Shown one piece after another: positions 10,098 to 21,327 of a DNA stretch of 64,000 bases. The DNA is from an uncultured delta proteobacterium (lineage in GTDB: Bacteria > Myxococcota_A > Polyangia > Haliangiales > Haliangiaceae). The notes under the pieces were generated by a model. It was not told the origin of the DNA, did no database searches, and saw nothing but the letters and a program-made list of their open reading frames with translations. Where the stretch lies: positions 221,845 to 285,844 of the forward strand of contig CAVXTW010000015.1 in NCBI GenBank assembly GCA_963764695.1. The letters are read 5' to 3'. Numbering within the stretch: the first letter of the stretch is position 1; every line of letters starts with the position of its first letter. The position numbers and the translations under genes were made by a program.

Positions 10098-13000
10098 AAA
10101 TCCGCTCGGGTCGATGAAGGTGGTCGGGTTGTTCCAGGCGTAGCTGTAGCGGTTGTGGCTCTGGCTGAAGAGTGGGGCCTGGACGAAGGGATCGGGCGTG
10201 AGGAAGTGGCGGGCCTTCGGGTCGTAGATGCGGCCTTTCATGTTGATCAGGCCGATCTCGTCGTCGTGCTCGTGGCCGGTGTAGCCCTCGTGCGGGCCGC
10301 CGTGGAGGTCGTCGTCGTAGGGCGTATACGTCGGCTTGATGCGGCGACCCCAGGGGTCGTAGAAGAGCTCCGCGAGGAAGCCTGAGATTGCCCGGCCGGC
10401 CCGGTTGGTGACGAGGGTGGTCGAGCCCTGAAGGTCGATGTGCAGGTATGAGACCGGCGTGTTGGTGATCTGCCCGTCGGGGGCCTGGATTCGATTGACC
10501 TGAGCGACGATGCGTCCCTCGGCCACGATGTTGTGTAGATTCTCGGCCTCTCCGCCGGCCGCGGCCCGGATGCGGCGTTCGAACAGACCACCCACGTACA
10601 GCGTCGATTGGTTGTCGTCGCGCTTGAGCACTCGCGTGCCGTGCGCGTCGTAGGCATAGAAGGTCAGCCATGGGCCACCTTCGCCGATGCCGCCGGTCAA
10701 CAGCGTCGGCAGGCCCCAGCTGTTGTACTCGATGGTGCGGTTGGGGCCGCTTGTCTGTCGCCCCGCGGCGTCGTAGCCGTACGAGATCGTGTTACGCCGG
10801 GTCATGGCGTGCGGAGGCGCGTTCTCGCCGTACCCGTACGTGGCGTTCTGGTTGGTGGGCGCGCCTGTCACCACCTCGCTCTCGAGCTTGCCGACGACGT
10901 CGTAGTCATACGATGCCGTGAGCTGGGCCGTTCCGTTGCTGGCGCTCCACCGCTTCAGGCGATCGAGCTCGTCATACGCGTACGTATCGGTGCGCCCGTG
11001 AAACAGGTCAGATCGGCTGATGACGTTGCGATTGAGGTCGTAGTCGTAGGCGAGCTGGCCGAGGCGACCGATGGTGCCGGGGCCCATGACGTCGCGCGTG
11101 CGCAGGAGCCCGACCTCGTCGTATTCATTCGTGGTGACGACGCCGTTGCCGTACCGCTCGCTGGTCAGCTGACCGGCGACGTTGCGGTCCTCCGCGGTCC
11201 AGTAGGGCTGGTCGGTACCCGCATCCCTGATCTGAAAGAGGTAGCCCTGCGCGTTGTAGGCATGGGCGATGGTCAGGCGGCCAGCGCCCGCGGGCGCGCC
11301 GGGAAGAACCGGATAGGTGATGGTCGACGGGCGCCCGATGTCGTCGTAGCCATAGTCGATGTCGTACGATGTGCCTTCGATGTTCCATCGCGTCGAGGAC
11401 GGCCGCCCGATCGGATCGTAGTCGTAGGCAATGGTGACCCCATCGGGGCTCGTGGAGCTGGCCGGCTTGCCGATGCCATTGGTGCGGGTGTCCCAGTTGT
11501 GAATGGCCAGGCCGTCGGGTGAGTTGACCTGCTCGATGCGACCCAGGGCGTCGAACTGGTACTCGGTGACGGCGTCGTTTCCATCAATCTCCTCGGTCGG
11601 CTCGCCGAAGGCGTTGTAGCTCGAGATCGTGGTGCCGGCGCTCGGGTCCACGAGCACCGTACGACGCCCGAGCTTGTCGTACTCCAGCGCCTGGCCGGTT
11701 CCGTCGGGCGCAATCACGTCGCTCACGAGAGCGAACGGGTCGTACTTGAACCGGGTGACGAGCCACGCTGTTGACTCCGGGTCGTCTTCGTGGCGCGAAT
11801 CGATGAGCCCGTCCGCTCTCTCGAGGACATAGCTGTGGTTGCCCTCGGCATCGTGCGTGTGGCTCTCGAGCCCGATGTACTCGTGGCTCACGGTCGCTTC
11901 GTCTGGCGCCGTGCTCGCGAGAAGCCGATCGAGGCCATCGTGGACGTAGGTCGTGTTCTGGATCGGGCCCTCCGAACCTGTCGCGAACGGTCGCGACACA
12001 GAGCGGATGCGCCCGAGGCGATCGTATGCGGTGCGAACCGTGCTGAAGCCGCTGATGAAGGCCGGAATGGTTTGATCGACCGGTCGGCCGAGCTCGTCCA
12101 TCACGACGGTCCTTGCCGCGAGGACTCCGCCGGATCCATCCGGCACCGTCAGGACATGGATGAGCGGGCCGAACGTCGCGTATCGCTCGAACCCGCCATC
12201 GGCATGGTTGACCTCGCGCAAGCGGCCGAAGCGGTCGTACTTCATGGTGGCCGGGACGATGCCGTTGGCGTCGGTGGTGTCGAGAACGACTCCGAGGCCG
12301 GTGTGGACGGTCACCGAGGTCGTCTGATCGAGCGCGTTGGTGATGGTCGCCGGGTAGAGGCCGAGGCTGTCGTAGGTGAGACTGGTCGTGCGAGTCTCCT
12401 GATCCTCCCCCTCCGCATTGGCGACGGTGACGGACGATACGTTGCCGAAGCCGTCGTACGCGTAGCTGGTGGTGAGGAGAAACTCGGCATCACCCGGCTC
12501 GACGATGACATCCTTGATGTTGCCGTTGTCGTGCGTGTCGAAGCCGACCTGTCGGGTCTGGCACTTGTTCTCGGGACGCGTGCACGACGTCGAGGTGCGC
12601 GTCCGCGGCAATGCCAGGAGCCAGTTCTCGAAGTCCTGCTCGTAGGTCATGGTTTCGACCTGGTCCGAGCCCGGCGCCGCCGTGGTGACCTGCTTCGGGC
12701 TCTGGAACTCGTCGTACAGCAACGACGTGGTCTGCGAATGGAGCGCGGTCCACGCCCCGCTCGGGCCCACCTTCTCGCGGTCCGAGACGGACACGCTGTC
12801 GAGCTGCGTGAACCACGTGCCGGGCTGCGTGCCGAGTTGAAACTTGAGCGCCCGCGCCGTCGTTCGCTCGTAGAACACCGGCGAGCCCTCGCGCGAACCC
12901 GACGTGACGGTGTACGTGATCTGGCGCGGCTGGCCCGCGAAGGGATAGACGTACGTCGTGAACCCGTTGCCGTCCGGGTAGTGCTGGGCGGTGTGATTGT

Positions 13001-15668
13001 CGAACTGCACGACGGTGAGGGCATCGCCCCGCTCCACGTCGCGGATGTCGTGCTGTTCGAACCCCAGCCACCCGCGTCCGCGCAGGTCGGCCCGCGCCCC
13101 CCAGTAGCGGTGCGTGAACTGGCGCCACGGCGACTTTGGATCCACGCCGTTGGCCAGCCAGTGGGAGGACACGATGCTGCCGCCCCGGTGCGGACACGTG
13201 AGCGGATAGGAGCAGTTGACGAGGGCTCGGCCGTGCACGGACGCGTTCGCCAGGGTCGTGTACTCGACCTCGGCGCGTACCCCGATGCCGGCTACCTTGA
13301 CGCGATAGAGCTTGTCCGGGATGTCGCCGACCCGCTTGTGCAGTCGAAGGAAGCTGGTCGTCGTGTCCGGGGTGTCCGACCAGACCTGGGCGATGTCCAT
13401 GAGACCGTCGCCGTTGAAGTCCAGCGGCTGGATACCGGAATACGGAAGCACCCAGCTCGCGTTCGTGGCGATGTTCATGCCGCGTCGATCCCAGGCCCGG
13501 CCGGTCCATGTGTAGAGCTGGATGCCACGTGCGTGATCGCCCGTGTTCTCGGGTGTCCCCGCGTGGATGAGCAGGATGTCGTCGGCGCCATCGCCGGTGA
13601 AGTCGACGACGCGCACGCGGAGGTTGTCGTCCGCCACCGGGGGGCAGTCGTCGATCTCGTCATTGGGGGGACTCGGGGGGACCGTCCAGCAGCCTCGAGA
13701 AGCCAGTCCCGCTCCCCAGCTGCACCTTCAACCCCGTGCACGGGTACACGGCGTCTTCGACACCGTCGCCGTTGATGTCCGCGAAGTGAAGGTTGCGGCG
13801 GTCCAGGTTCTCCGGCTCGCGAAGGAAAGGCAGATTGAACTCGAATGACCCACTCGTCCATCTCACCGTCGTCGTTCATCTTGATGGCCCCGTACCCGGG
13901 GTCGGACGGGGTCCACAGGAGCAGCCGGGGATTCGCGCCGGTGGCCGCGACGCTGCGAAACTGGTGGTCGAAGCGGGGCGATGTCGTCCCAGGTTTCGAG
14001 CGGTCCGTGCCAGTTGATTCCATCCACGTAAGGGCCGAATCCGGTCGGCAGATTCAGGCGGTACGTCCACTGCAGCCGGTTGTCTGGCTCCTGGCCGGCA
14101 GCGCGCACGATGCGCGGTCCGACGTAGTCGGGCAGACCATTGCCGTCGAGATCGACGAAGTATCCGGCCCACAGTCCACCGAGCCGACCGGACTCTCGCA
14201 TTCTCGTGAATATCTGAATGTCGGTGAAGACCTGCTCGTAGGTCGATCCGGTCGATCGATACAGCGAGAACTGCGTGATGTCGTCGAGCACCGGAACCTC
14301 GACCATGAGATCGAGCCGTCCGTCTCGATCGAAGTCGATGGGCCGCACCCTGGGCTCCTCGTCTGGACCGAGGCTCGGAATGCCCGCGTCCCGCGGGTCG
14401 CCGAATCCGTCGCCGGTACTGAAGCGCAGCTTCCAGTCGTTCTCCATGTCTCGATAGATGAGATCGTCGAGGCCGTCGCCGTTGATGTCGCCAGGAATGT
14501 AGTAGCGACCGTGGCGGGCCGCCTGCGCCACGTCGGTGACGTCGGTGTCGATGCGCTCGTAGGTGGCGGAGGTGCCGGTGGGTCCAGTCGAACTCCAGCG
14601 CGTTCAGGCAGACGGGCGGTTCACCGTCCGCCGGATCCCCGCCGTCGCATTCGGTGACGCTGCGAAGCTGACTGCGACCGGTCATGCCGCCGTTCACGTA
14701 GCGCAGCGTGTACTCGCGCAACACCCCCGCTCCATCGCTGATCCGGATCGTGCTGAGGCGACGCTCCCACGCCATGTGAATGCTTCCGGGCTCGTCGGTT
14801 CCGGGATGGAAGCTGTCGACCTTGTCGGTCCTGTCTTCGTATCCGAACTCGATCGTGCGATCGGGCCCGTAGGTGATCCGCTCCGGCACCATGTCCACGG
14901 CCCACTGGCCGTCATCGCTCTCCACTGTCGAATACTCGACAGACGATGGCATTTCCGTTGCGGTCTTCGACACTGGTCAGCGCCCACGCGGCGGTCAGCC
15001 GATCGATCGTGGGTTCGAAATGCGGATCTTCATCATCGAATCGCGAGGCATGGAGCCCGTATGCCTTGACCGGATCGTAGGTCATGATCCGGCCGTCCTT
15101 GGTCCAGACCTTGAACTGGCGCGGCGGCCGTTCCGGTCCGTCCGAGCTGTAGGCTCGGACGCGCGCGAAGGTCTCGCGCTCGGTGCGGTAGTCCTGCTCC
15201 TCGCTCCACTCCAGGTCGGTCGGCCGGAGGCGTTCCCCGTCCAGGCAGTAGGCGTTCGTGCGGAGGAAGTCGGGGTTCTTGCTTCCGCCGTCCTGGGCCC
15301 ACGTGCGCGCGCATGGCGCGATGGACGACAGGCCGGCCGAGAGCGACCAGCCGACACCGACGAGGCCGTTGCCGCCCTGGGAGTTGTAATGAAGGGCGAG
15401 CCCGGGCTCGAGGCCGCCGCGACCGTCCGGCACCCATAGCGGGAGGTGGTACTCCGCCGCGCCGTTGTGATTCACCGTGAGCGTGCCCTCGGTCCAGCCG
15501 GAGCTTGGCTGCGTGTCGACGATGCCGCCCGGCGGCGGCGCGAGAGCGCGCCGCGGCGGAGTCGCCCGCTCCAGTGGAGCCTTCGCTGTCGTGGAGCGAG
15601 GACGCGCTCTCGTCCGACAGGCACGCGGCCACCAGCGCGAGGCCAAAGACGGCCACTCGGCTCGTCAT
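9678..15668 (-). CDS. Large SpvB/FG-GAP/RHS-repeat polymorphic toxin lipoprotein (Tc-toxin BC-fusion-like), ~2000 aa; N-terminal third carries about 5 frameshifts
   Basis: Start ATG at 15668 with lipoprotein signal MTSRVAVFGLALVAACLS. SpvB/TcC N-terminal signature (GAAEYHLPLWVPDGRGGLEPGLALHYNSQGGNGLVGVGWSLS) at ~15500..14950, a TcdB-mid-N-like stretch at 14950..14580, and FG-GAP repeats (DINGDGLDD, IDFDRDGRLD, VDLDGNGLPD) at 14560..13660. The intact 1319-aa ORF 9678..13637 holds many YD/RHS repeats and the RHS core end NNPTTFIDPSGF at ~10115..10098. Frame changes at ~15560, ~14950, ~14580 (a ccc homopolymer), ~13866 and ~13650. Confidence 0.85.
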
Positions 15669-16057
15669 CCTTCGGCTGGCAGCCTGCGCGGTGCGCCGCA
15701 TCCGGCGGCAGCGGAATGCACTGGATCTCTGGCTACGTCTCATCATCTTCTTCCCCCGGCAGCGGATTGGGCGAACTGCAGGCAGACGACCGCCGTGCGG
15801 CCGAATCGGGCCGTCGTGTCGATCGCGCACGAAGGTGGCCTGGCGCGAACGCCGAGCGCGTGCGCGATCTGGGTCGCGGCGAGCGGCTCGATCAGCAGCT
15901 GAGCGGGGTCGCCCTCAGACGGTTGGTGGCGGTGCGGACGGGCCGCGACGCTTCGCTACGGCGATGCAGTCTCCTGGTGGTGGTCGTTCGCATCGCAGCG
16001 AGTCACTCGCATCGCGATGCTTCACCACTCCTGCCACAAGAAAACGCGCCTGAGAAG

Positions 16058-16074
16058 TGCCGCAAATTGCGGCA
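16058..16074 (-). terminator. Short GC-rich palindrome (gccgcaa-a-ttgcggc) ~35 nt after the stop of the C39-like gene; weak terminator candidate
   Basis: 7-bp arms with a 1-nt loop. Only a weak T-rich stretch follows on the minus strand. Confidence 0.25.
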
Positions 16075-16108
16075 GGGGGAGTGCCACCTACCCGGGGGAG
16101 AGTCTTGA

Positions 16109-16759
16109 TCAGGGCGCGGACGCGGTGGCGCCCGGCGCCGTCTCTGACCGGCGCGGCGATTTCTCGGACGGGCCGAGCACGACGAGCGCGGGGCGACCGG
16201 CCGGATCCCACTCGGCGGCCAGGTCGCGCCACTGGCGGATGCCGAAGCCGCCGGCCGGATCGATGGTCGCGACCTCGCGGCGGGTCGGGTGGAAGCCGAC
16301 CACGACCTCGAAGTGGCTGAGGCGGCGGCTGCCGCGCGCGCGCAGGAGGCCGACAACGACGGGGCGGCCGCGCTCGAGCTCGTGCACGAGCGTCGTGCGG
16401 TCGGCGCGGATGGCGAACGCGGTGAGTCCGCGCGAGCGGGCCAGGTCGCGCAGGGCGCCGAGCTTGGCGCCGCGGCCGCCGCTGCGGGCCTCGGCGACCA
16501 CGGTCGCGTCACGGAGGGCGATCGGGCGGCCCCAGAAGCGGGCCACCATGGCCAGCGCGGCCGGGCCGCAGTCGCGGGCGGCCTGCTGCCGGATCGGTGT
16601 CACCGGGCCGGCGGCGATCCAGCCGCTGTCGCGCGAGATGGTGGATGGCTCGACCGGACGGGCCGACGACGGAAAGCTTCTGACGCATCCGGTCAGGGCG
16701 GCCGCCAGCGCGAGCGCGCCCCACGCCGCGGCGTGCGTGGGGCGCAGCGAGCGACTCAT
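16109..16759 (-). CDS. Lipoprotein with a peptidase C39-like (papain-fold cysteine peptidase) domain
   Basis: Signal + lipobox (ALAAALTGC). Motif RQQAARDCGPAALAMVARFWG resembles the Q...C-G-x-A-x-L catalytic region of C39 peptidases. Sits immediately upstream, on the same strand, of the RHS toxin gene. Confidence 0.6.
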   Translation of the reverse strand: MSRSLRPTHAAAWGALALAAALTGCVRSFPSSARPVEPSTISRDSGWIAAGPVTPIRQQAARDCGPAALAMVARFWGRPIALRDATVVAEARSGGRGAKLGALRDLARSRGLTAFAIRADRTTLVHELERGRPVVVGLLRARGSRRLSHFEVVVGFHPTRREVATIDPAGGFGIRQWRDLAAEWDPAGRPALVVLGPSEKSPRRSETAPGATASAP

Positions 16760-17049
16760 CAGAGGAGAACGACCAGCAGAACGACGCCGAGGACGATGGC
16801 GGTGGTCGATCCGATGATGACGAAGGTCGCGCCACCCTCGAAGTCGGCCGCCTTGGGCTGCGTGCGCTCGGCGGCGGCGTAGCGGGCGGTGTCAGCCGCG
16901 CGGTCCGGCTGCGCGTCCGTCCGGGCGGGCTGGGTCTCGGTTGCACTTGCGCGCGGCACCACCGGCGGGGCGGCCAGCGCGGTCGGAACGCCGGCGCCCG
17001 CGGCCAGGCACAGACTGAGAAGAGTCGCGGTCACGATTCGCTTGCTCAT
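16759..17049 (-). CDS. Small Ala/Pro-rich secreted protein with an N-terminal signal peptide and a C-terminal hydrophobic anchor
   Basis: MSKRIVTATLLSLCLAAGAG ... FVIIGSTTAIVLGVVLLVVLL*. Its stop overlaps the start of the C39-like gene (TGATG). Confidence 0.4.
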   Translation of the reverse strand: MSKRIVTATLLSLCLAAGAGVPTALAAPPVVPRASATETQPARTDAQPDRAADTARYAAAERTQPKAADFEGGATFVIIGSTTAIVLGVVLLVVLL

Positions 17050-17352
17050 GATGGGTGACATCGCAATCGGCATGCCAGCGCATCGCCGCTCCGCGATTGA
17101 TCTCCGCCCGGATGGCGCTGTGGCGGCCGGCCGCACTGTGGCGGCAAGGCTCGTCGGTTTGACAGGTGCCAGCTCATTGCGCAAACTGGATTCACAGCGC
17201 GAGCTGCCACGCGCAACCCTCTCCGGCCAGCCCATGCCTGGCTCTCAAGGGGGCAAAGGGTAGAGCCATCTTCTCGGCAGTCGAGTCGTCTCCTTCCCTC
17301 GCGACGCGGGGATGCATGGGCTCCAGTCCGCGACGCGGGAGAGGAAGAGAAG

Positions 17353-18042
17353 ATGACCGCGAAACGTGATCTGAAGAAGCGAATCCGCGCGCGCGCCTCC
17401 CGCACCGGCGAGCGCTACAGCGCAGCCCGCCAGCAAGTCCTGGGCGGCCGCGGCAGCGGCGGCGGTGGCGGCAAGGTGCCCTTCATCGAGCTGCGCGATC
17501 TGTCGGGCGAGGCGGCCGCCCTCGGCATGCGCTGCCCCGTCCACATCTTCCCCGAGCTGGCCCGCCGCATCGACTGCACGGCTCTGCTCGTCCAGATCCG
17601 CGACGCGCTGCGCGCGACCGAGGGCGACTTCCGGACCGAGCTCCTGCGATCGGTCATCCTGCGCGGCGAGCTGCCGGACCTCCCGCACCGCCTCGCGGAC
17701 GATCTCCTGCGCGAGGCGCACCTGCGCGACGCCGTCCAGCACGTCAGAGTGCTCGCCAGCCGCAGCGATCCGATGACCGCGCCCCGGGCGATCCCGATCT
17801 CCTTCATCGAGAACGAGACCTTCATCGCCCGCGCCCGCGCCGGCATCGGCGGCCTCAGCGAGAGCGGCCGCCTGCTCGCCCTTCACACCGCAGGCAGCGC
17901 CGGCCCCCAGATGGTCATCTGCCAGATCTGGCACTCGCCCATCCCGCAGCGGACCGCGCGCACCCACGCGCTCATCCTGCTGCGGCCCGACGACTTCTTC
18001 GTCAGTCTCGACGAGGCGACGCAGGGCGTCACTCGACGGTGA
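17353..18042 (+). CDS. Hypothetical protein (229 aa) with a basic N-terminus followed by a Gly run
   Basis: Purine-rich RBS (gggagaggaagagaag) before the ATG. Composition is protein-like, whereas the overlapping minus ORF 17245..18078 looks antisense (A/G/D/R-rich). Confidence 0.5.
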   Translation: MTAKRDLKKRIRARASRTGERYSAARQQVLGGRGSGGGGGKVPFIELRDLSGEAAALGMRCPVHIFPELARRIDCTALLVQIRDALRATEGDFRTELLRSVILRGELPDLPHRLADDLLREAHLRDAVQHVRVLASRSDPMTAPRAIPISFIENETFIARARAGIGGLSESGRLLALHTAGSAGPQMVICQIWHSPIPQRTARTHALILLRPDDFFVSLDEATQGVTRR

Positions 18043-18646
18043 CCATGAAGTCGACCTGCGCATCGGTCGAGCCTGCAACGGAGCCGAAGCCGCCGTCGCT
18101 GACCTGCTGGGCGAGATCGTCGACCTTGACCGGTTCGTCGTTCACCGGCGGGAGGTGGCGCAAGGTGACGGTCAGCTCTCCGCTGCCGGCCGCGGCGACG
18201 ACGGTGTTCTCGAGGCCAACCGGTAGTCCGTTGGCGTCCTCGTCGTCGTACGAGTGCGCCAGGGCCGCCTCTGGCTGTGCGCTGGCCGGCCCGTCGACCG
18301 CGGTCCCCGTGTAGAAGATCTGATGCTCGTCGGACTCGTCGGCGACCTCCTCGGTGATGTCCTCGGGCGGATCCTCGAGCCGGTTCTCGAATGTCACGGT
18401 CATGGCGTAGGTGACACCGTCGGCCAGGATGATCGGATCGACCGTCGGGGCCTCGCCGCCGTCGCCGTCCGGGTCGTTGAAGGCCGCCGTCACAGCGTCG
18501 CCGCCGCCGTCGGGCGCGAAGTCGAGCGTGACGGTGGTGATGACCTCGTTCTCGTTGCCGCCGTCCCCTCCGTCGCCGCCATCGTCGTCTCCGCCGCAGG
18601 CGGCCAGGAACAGCGTGGAAGTCAGGATCATGATGCTCGTGCGCAT
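18029..18646 (-). CDS. Acidic Asp/Gly-rich lipoprotein, co-directional with and downstream of the TonB-dependent receptor
   Basis: ATG at 18646. MRTSIMILTSTLFLAACGG lipobox, then a DDDGGDGGDGG linker. 205 aa. Confidence 0.6.
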   Translation of the reverse strand: MRTSIMILTSTLFLAACGGDDDGGDGGDGGNENEVITTVTLDFAPDGGGDAVTAAFNDPDGDGGEAPTVDPIILADGVTYAMTVTFENRLEDPPEDITEEVADESDEHQIFYTGTAVDGPASAQPEAALAHSYDDEDANGLPVGLENTVVAAAGSGELTVTLRHLPPVNDEPVKVDDLAQQVSDGGFGSVAGSTDAQVDFMVTVE

Positions 18647-18669
18647 GTGTGTGTTCCTTTCGATGCTGG

Positions 18670-21184
18670 TCATTGAGGACTTGCAAACTCGACGGTGAGA
18701 CGGGCCAGCAGCTGCCAGCCCGTCTGGTCGGCGAAGTAGCGCAGAAGGCTCGTGTAGTCGCGGTAGCGCGCATCGAGCAGGTTCGAGCCCTGCAGCGCGA
18801 TCTTGATCGTCTGCTCGCCGACGCTCATCTCGGTGCCCAGCTCGGCGCCGAGCAGGAAGTAGGGGTCGGGGGGCGGCGCGAAGTCGGCGGCCAGGTCGAA
18901 GCGCCGCTGACGCGCCACGAACGTGCCGGACACCGTGGCGAACGACGGGCCCAGTCCGCCGAGCGAGGCGAGCCGATAGGTCATCGATCCGCGAACGCGG
19001 TCCGGCGGGACGAACACGAGATATGAGTCGTCGCTGACGTTCCGTGCGCGCACCATCGACAGCTGCGCGCCCAGCTCGAGGAACGGAAGCGGTGCTACCG
19101 AGACGCCGCCGTCGGCACCGTAGAACACGGCGTCGACCGGCCGGGTCACGAAGCGCGGGAAGGTTCCCCGGATCAGCACGTCGAAGATCGGCTCGCCGTT
19201 CTCGTCGATCGCCGGCGCCAGGTAGATGTAGTCGTCGATGAAGTTTGCGTAGGCGGAGGCCTCGGCGGTGACCCGCTCTCCCTGGTACGTGGTCGTGGCC
19301 GACGCCGAGTAGGTGGTCTCGGGTCCGAGGTCCGGCTTGCCGAGGCCGAGCACCGGAAAGGTCGGCGATGTTCCGTTGAGGTACTGCTCGTCGGGGTTGG
19401 GCGGACGCGACGCGGTCGACAGGTCGAGCTTGACCGACCACGCGGTCGTGAGCTGCCGGAGCCCGCCCACCGAGACCGAGACGGTGTGGAAGGTCGACGC
19501 GCAGTTCGACCGGATCCATCTCGGAGGTGCCGCAGGCGTCCTCGGCGAGCTGCCCGCTGCGCACCAGCCGCAAGAAGTCGCGCCGGACGATCGAGGCGGT
19601 GCGGCCGAGCGCGTCGTAGCGCAGACCGGCCTCCAGCTCGAACTCGTGCCCGACGAGGCGCTCGATCACGAAGGCGCCTCCGCCCCACGACCTGTGCTCC
19701 GGGACCAGCGGAAGACCGGCATACGCGTGCACCTGAGCGACGCCGACCAGGCCGACCGATCCCGCGAGGTGGAGGTGGTCGGTGAGGTGGACCGGCCGGT
19801 GCTCGAGCGCCACGTCGACGTCGTGCGTGAACAACCGGAAGTCGAACTGCGGGCCGGTCGTCGCGTCGCGGACCACGTCGTACTCGCGCCGGTGGTCCTG
19901 CTGGAAGGCGTAGCTCGCCGTGACCGTCCCGACACCGTCCCGGCGATGCCGTGCGCGGGCGATCGCCCGATCATGCGCCACGGCCTGGAATGGCCGCTCG
20001 ATGGCGAACTCGGAGTCGTACAGCTCGGCGCCGATCGGCGTCCGACGGTCGAGCTGCGAGTAGAAGTCGTCGCTCGACTCGATCCGGAGACAGGTGCAGA
20101 CGCCGAGGCGTGCCTGGTAGTGCGAGGCGGAGATCGTGTACGCGTCGTCGCCGGACCGATAGCCGGCCGTCGCGCCGAGGTTCCACTCGTGGACCCCCGT
20201 GTTGTCGAGCGGGTAGTCGGGCGTGCCCGGAGCCGCGAGGTGCTTGAGGCTACCCTCGATGCGGCCGGCCGCGCCGGGCAAGCCGGCCAGGGCCGCCTGC
20301 AGCCGGCCGGCCAGGGCACCGCCGAGCCCGTTGGACAGGCCGATCACGTGGGCCTGGCCCGCCACGCCCGGCCTGCGCGGCAGCTCGGGCGGATTGACCA
20401 GCACCGCGCCTCCGATCGCGTCCGGTCCATGACGCACGCCCGAGGCGCCGCGCACCACGGTGATCTCGTCGGCGGAGAACGGATCGATCTCCGGTGCGTG
20501 GTCGAGGCCCCAGTCCTGCGCGCGGTGGCGGACCGAATCGACGAGCAGGAGCAGCCGGCGCCCGTACTGGCCGCGAACGATCGGCTTGGCCACACCGCTG
20601 GCCGAGCGCAGCTGGCTCACGCCGGGGACATCGGCGAGCGTGTCGGAGAGCGATCGCCCGCGCGTTCGCTCCAGCGCCTCGCCGGACAGGACGGCGGTCG
20701 ACCGCATGTCCACGGGCTCGGGAGCCTCGCCCTCGATGACGATGACTTCTCCCGCCGCGGCGCGCAGCGCGAGCTCGACCGAGGCGGCCCTGGCGAGCGC
20801 GACGGTCGCGCGGGCGGGGGCGTAGTCGTCTCGCTGGACCTGCACGCTGGTCGGTCCGGGGCACAGTCCGGCGACCGTGAAGCGGCCGGCTTCGTCGGTC
20901 ATCCCCACGGCGCGCGCGTTGACCGTCACGACCGCGCCGATCACCGGCTCGTGAGTGACCGCGTCGACCACGTGACCGTCGAGCGTGCTTGCGCATGGCG
21001 CACTCTTGCCGGGTCCGACCGGCTGGGCCGACGCGGCGCCGGCGAGAGCACCGGAAATGGCGACGAGCGCCGCGCTGATGTGGGCAAGACGGTCCAAAGG
21101 AGTCCTCCATGGATCCGCCCGCGCGGCCGCGCTCGCCGTCCTCGATTCAGGGACGACCGGCGCGACCCGCCGCTGGCGGATCAT
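18670..21184 (-). CDS. TonB-dependent outer-membrane receptor (one apparent frameshift near 19460-19500)
   Basis: Signal peptide, carboxypeptidase-regulatory-like N-domain, plug domain (..GVAKPIVRGQYGRRLLLLVDSV..DEITVVRGASGVRHGPDAIGGAVLV). The barrel continues in a second frame (ORF 18670..19470, ...LLARLTVEF). Confidence 0.8.
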
Positions 21185-21327
21185 CGCGTCAGGCGATGAG
21201 TCCTTCGGGCGAGCTCACGCGAGGTCGACGAGACGACCCGGACGAGCGCCGAAGGAGGCAACGTCCCGCGGTCCCCGCTGCGCACCGCTCCGAGACATGG
21301 AGCCGGCGGCGTGGATCCGGGACGCGC

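Noticed and set aside
13475-15830. Several overlapping minus-strand ORFs (13475..14023, 13660..13866, 13863..14531, 13876..14973, 14912..15646, 15033..15830) that look like separate genes
   Set aside because: They are frame-shifted pieces of one RHS/SpvB toxin gene. The protein-like text passes continuously from one to the next, so they are not called as independent CDSs.
17245-18078. 277-aa minus-strand ORF overlapping the 17353..18042 + gene
   Set aside because: The minus translation is an A/G/D/R-rich antisense pattern. The + strand has an RBS and diverse composition, so + is called coding.
19313-21199. 628-aa + strand ORF
   Set aside because: Antisense of the TonB-dependent receptor gene. 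The R/G/A/D-rich text has no motifs, whereas the minus strand gives plug and barrel signatures.
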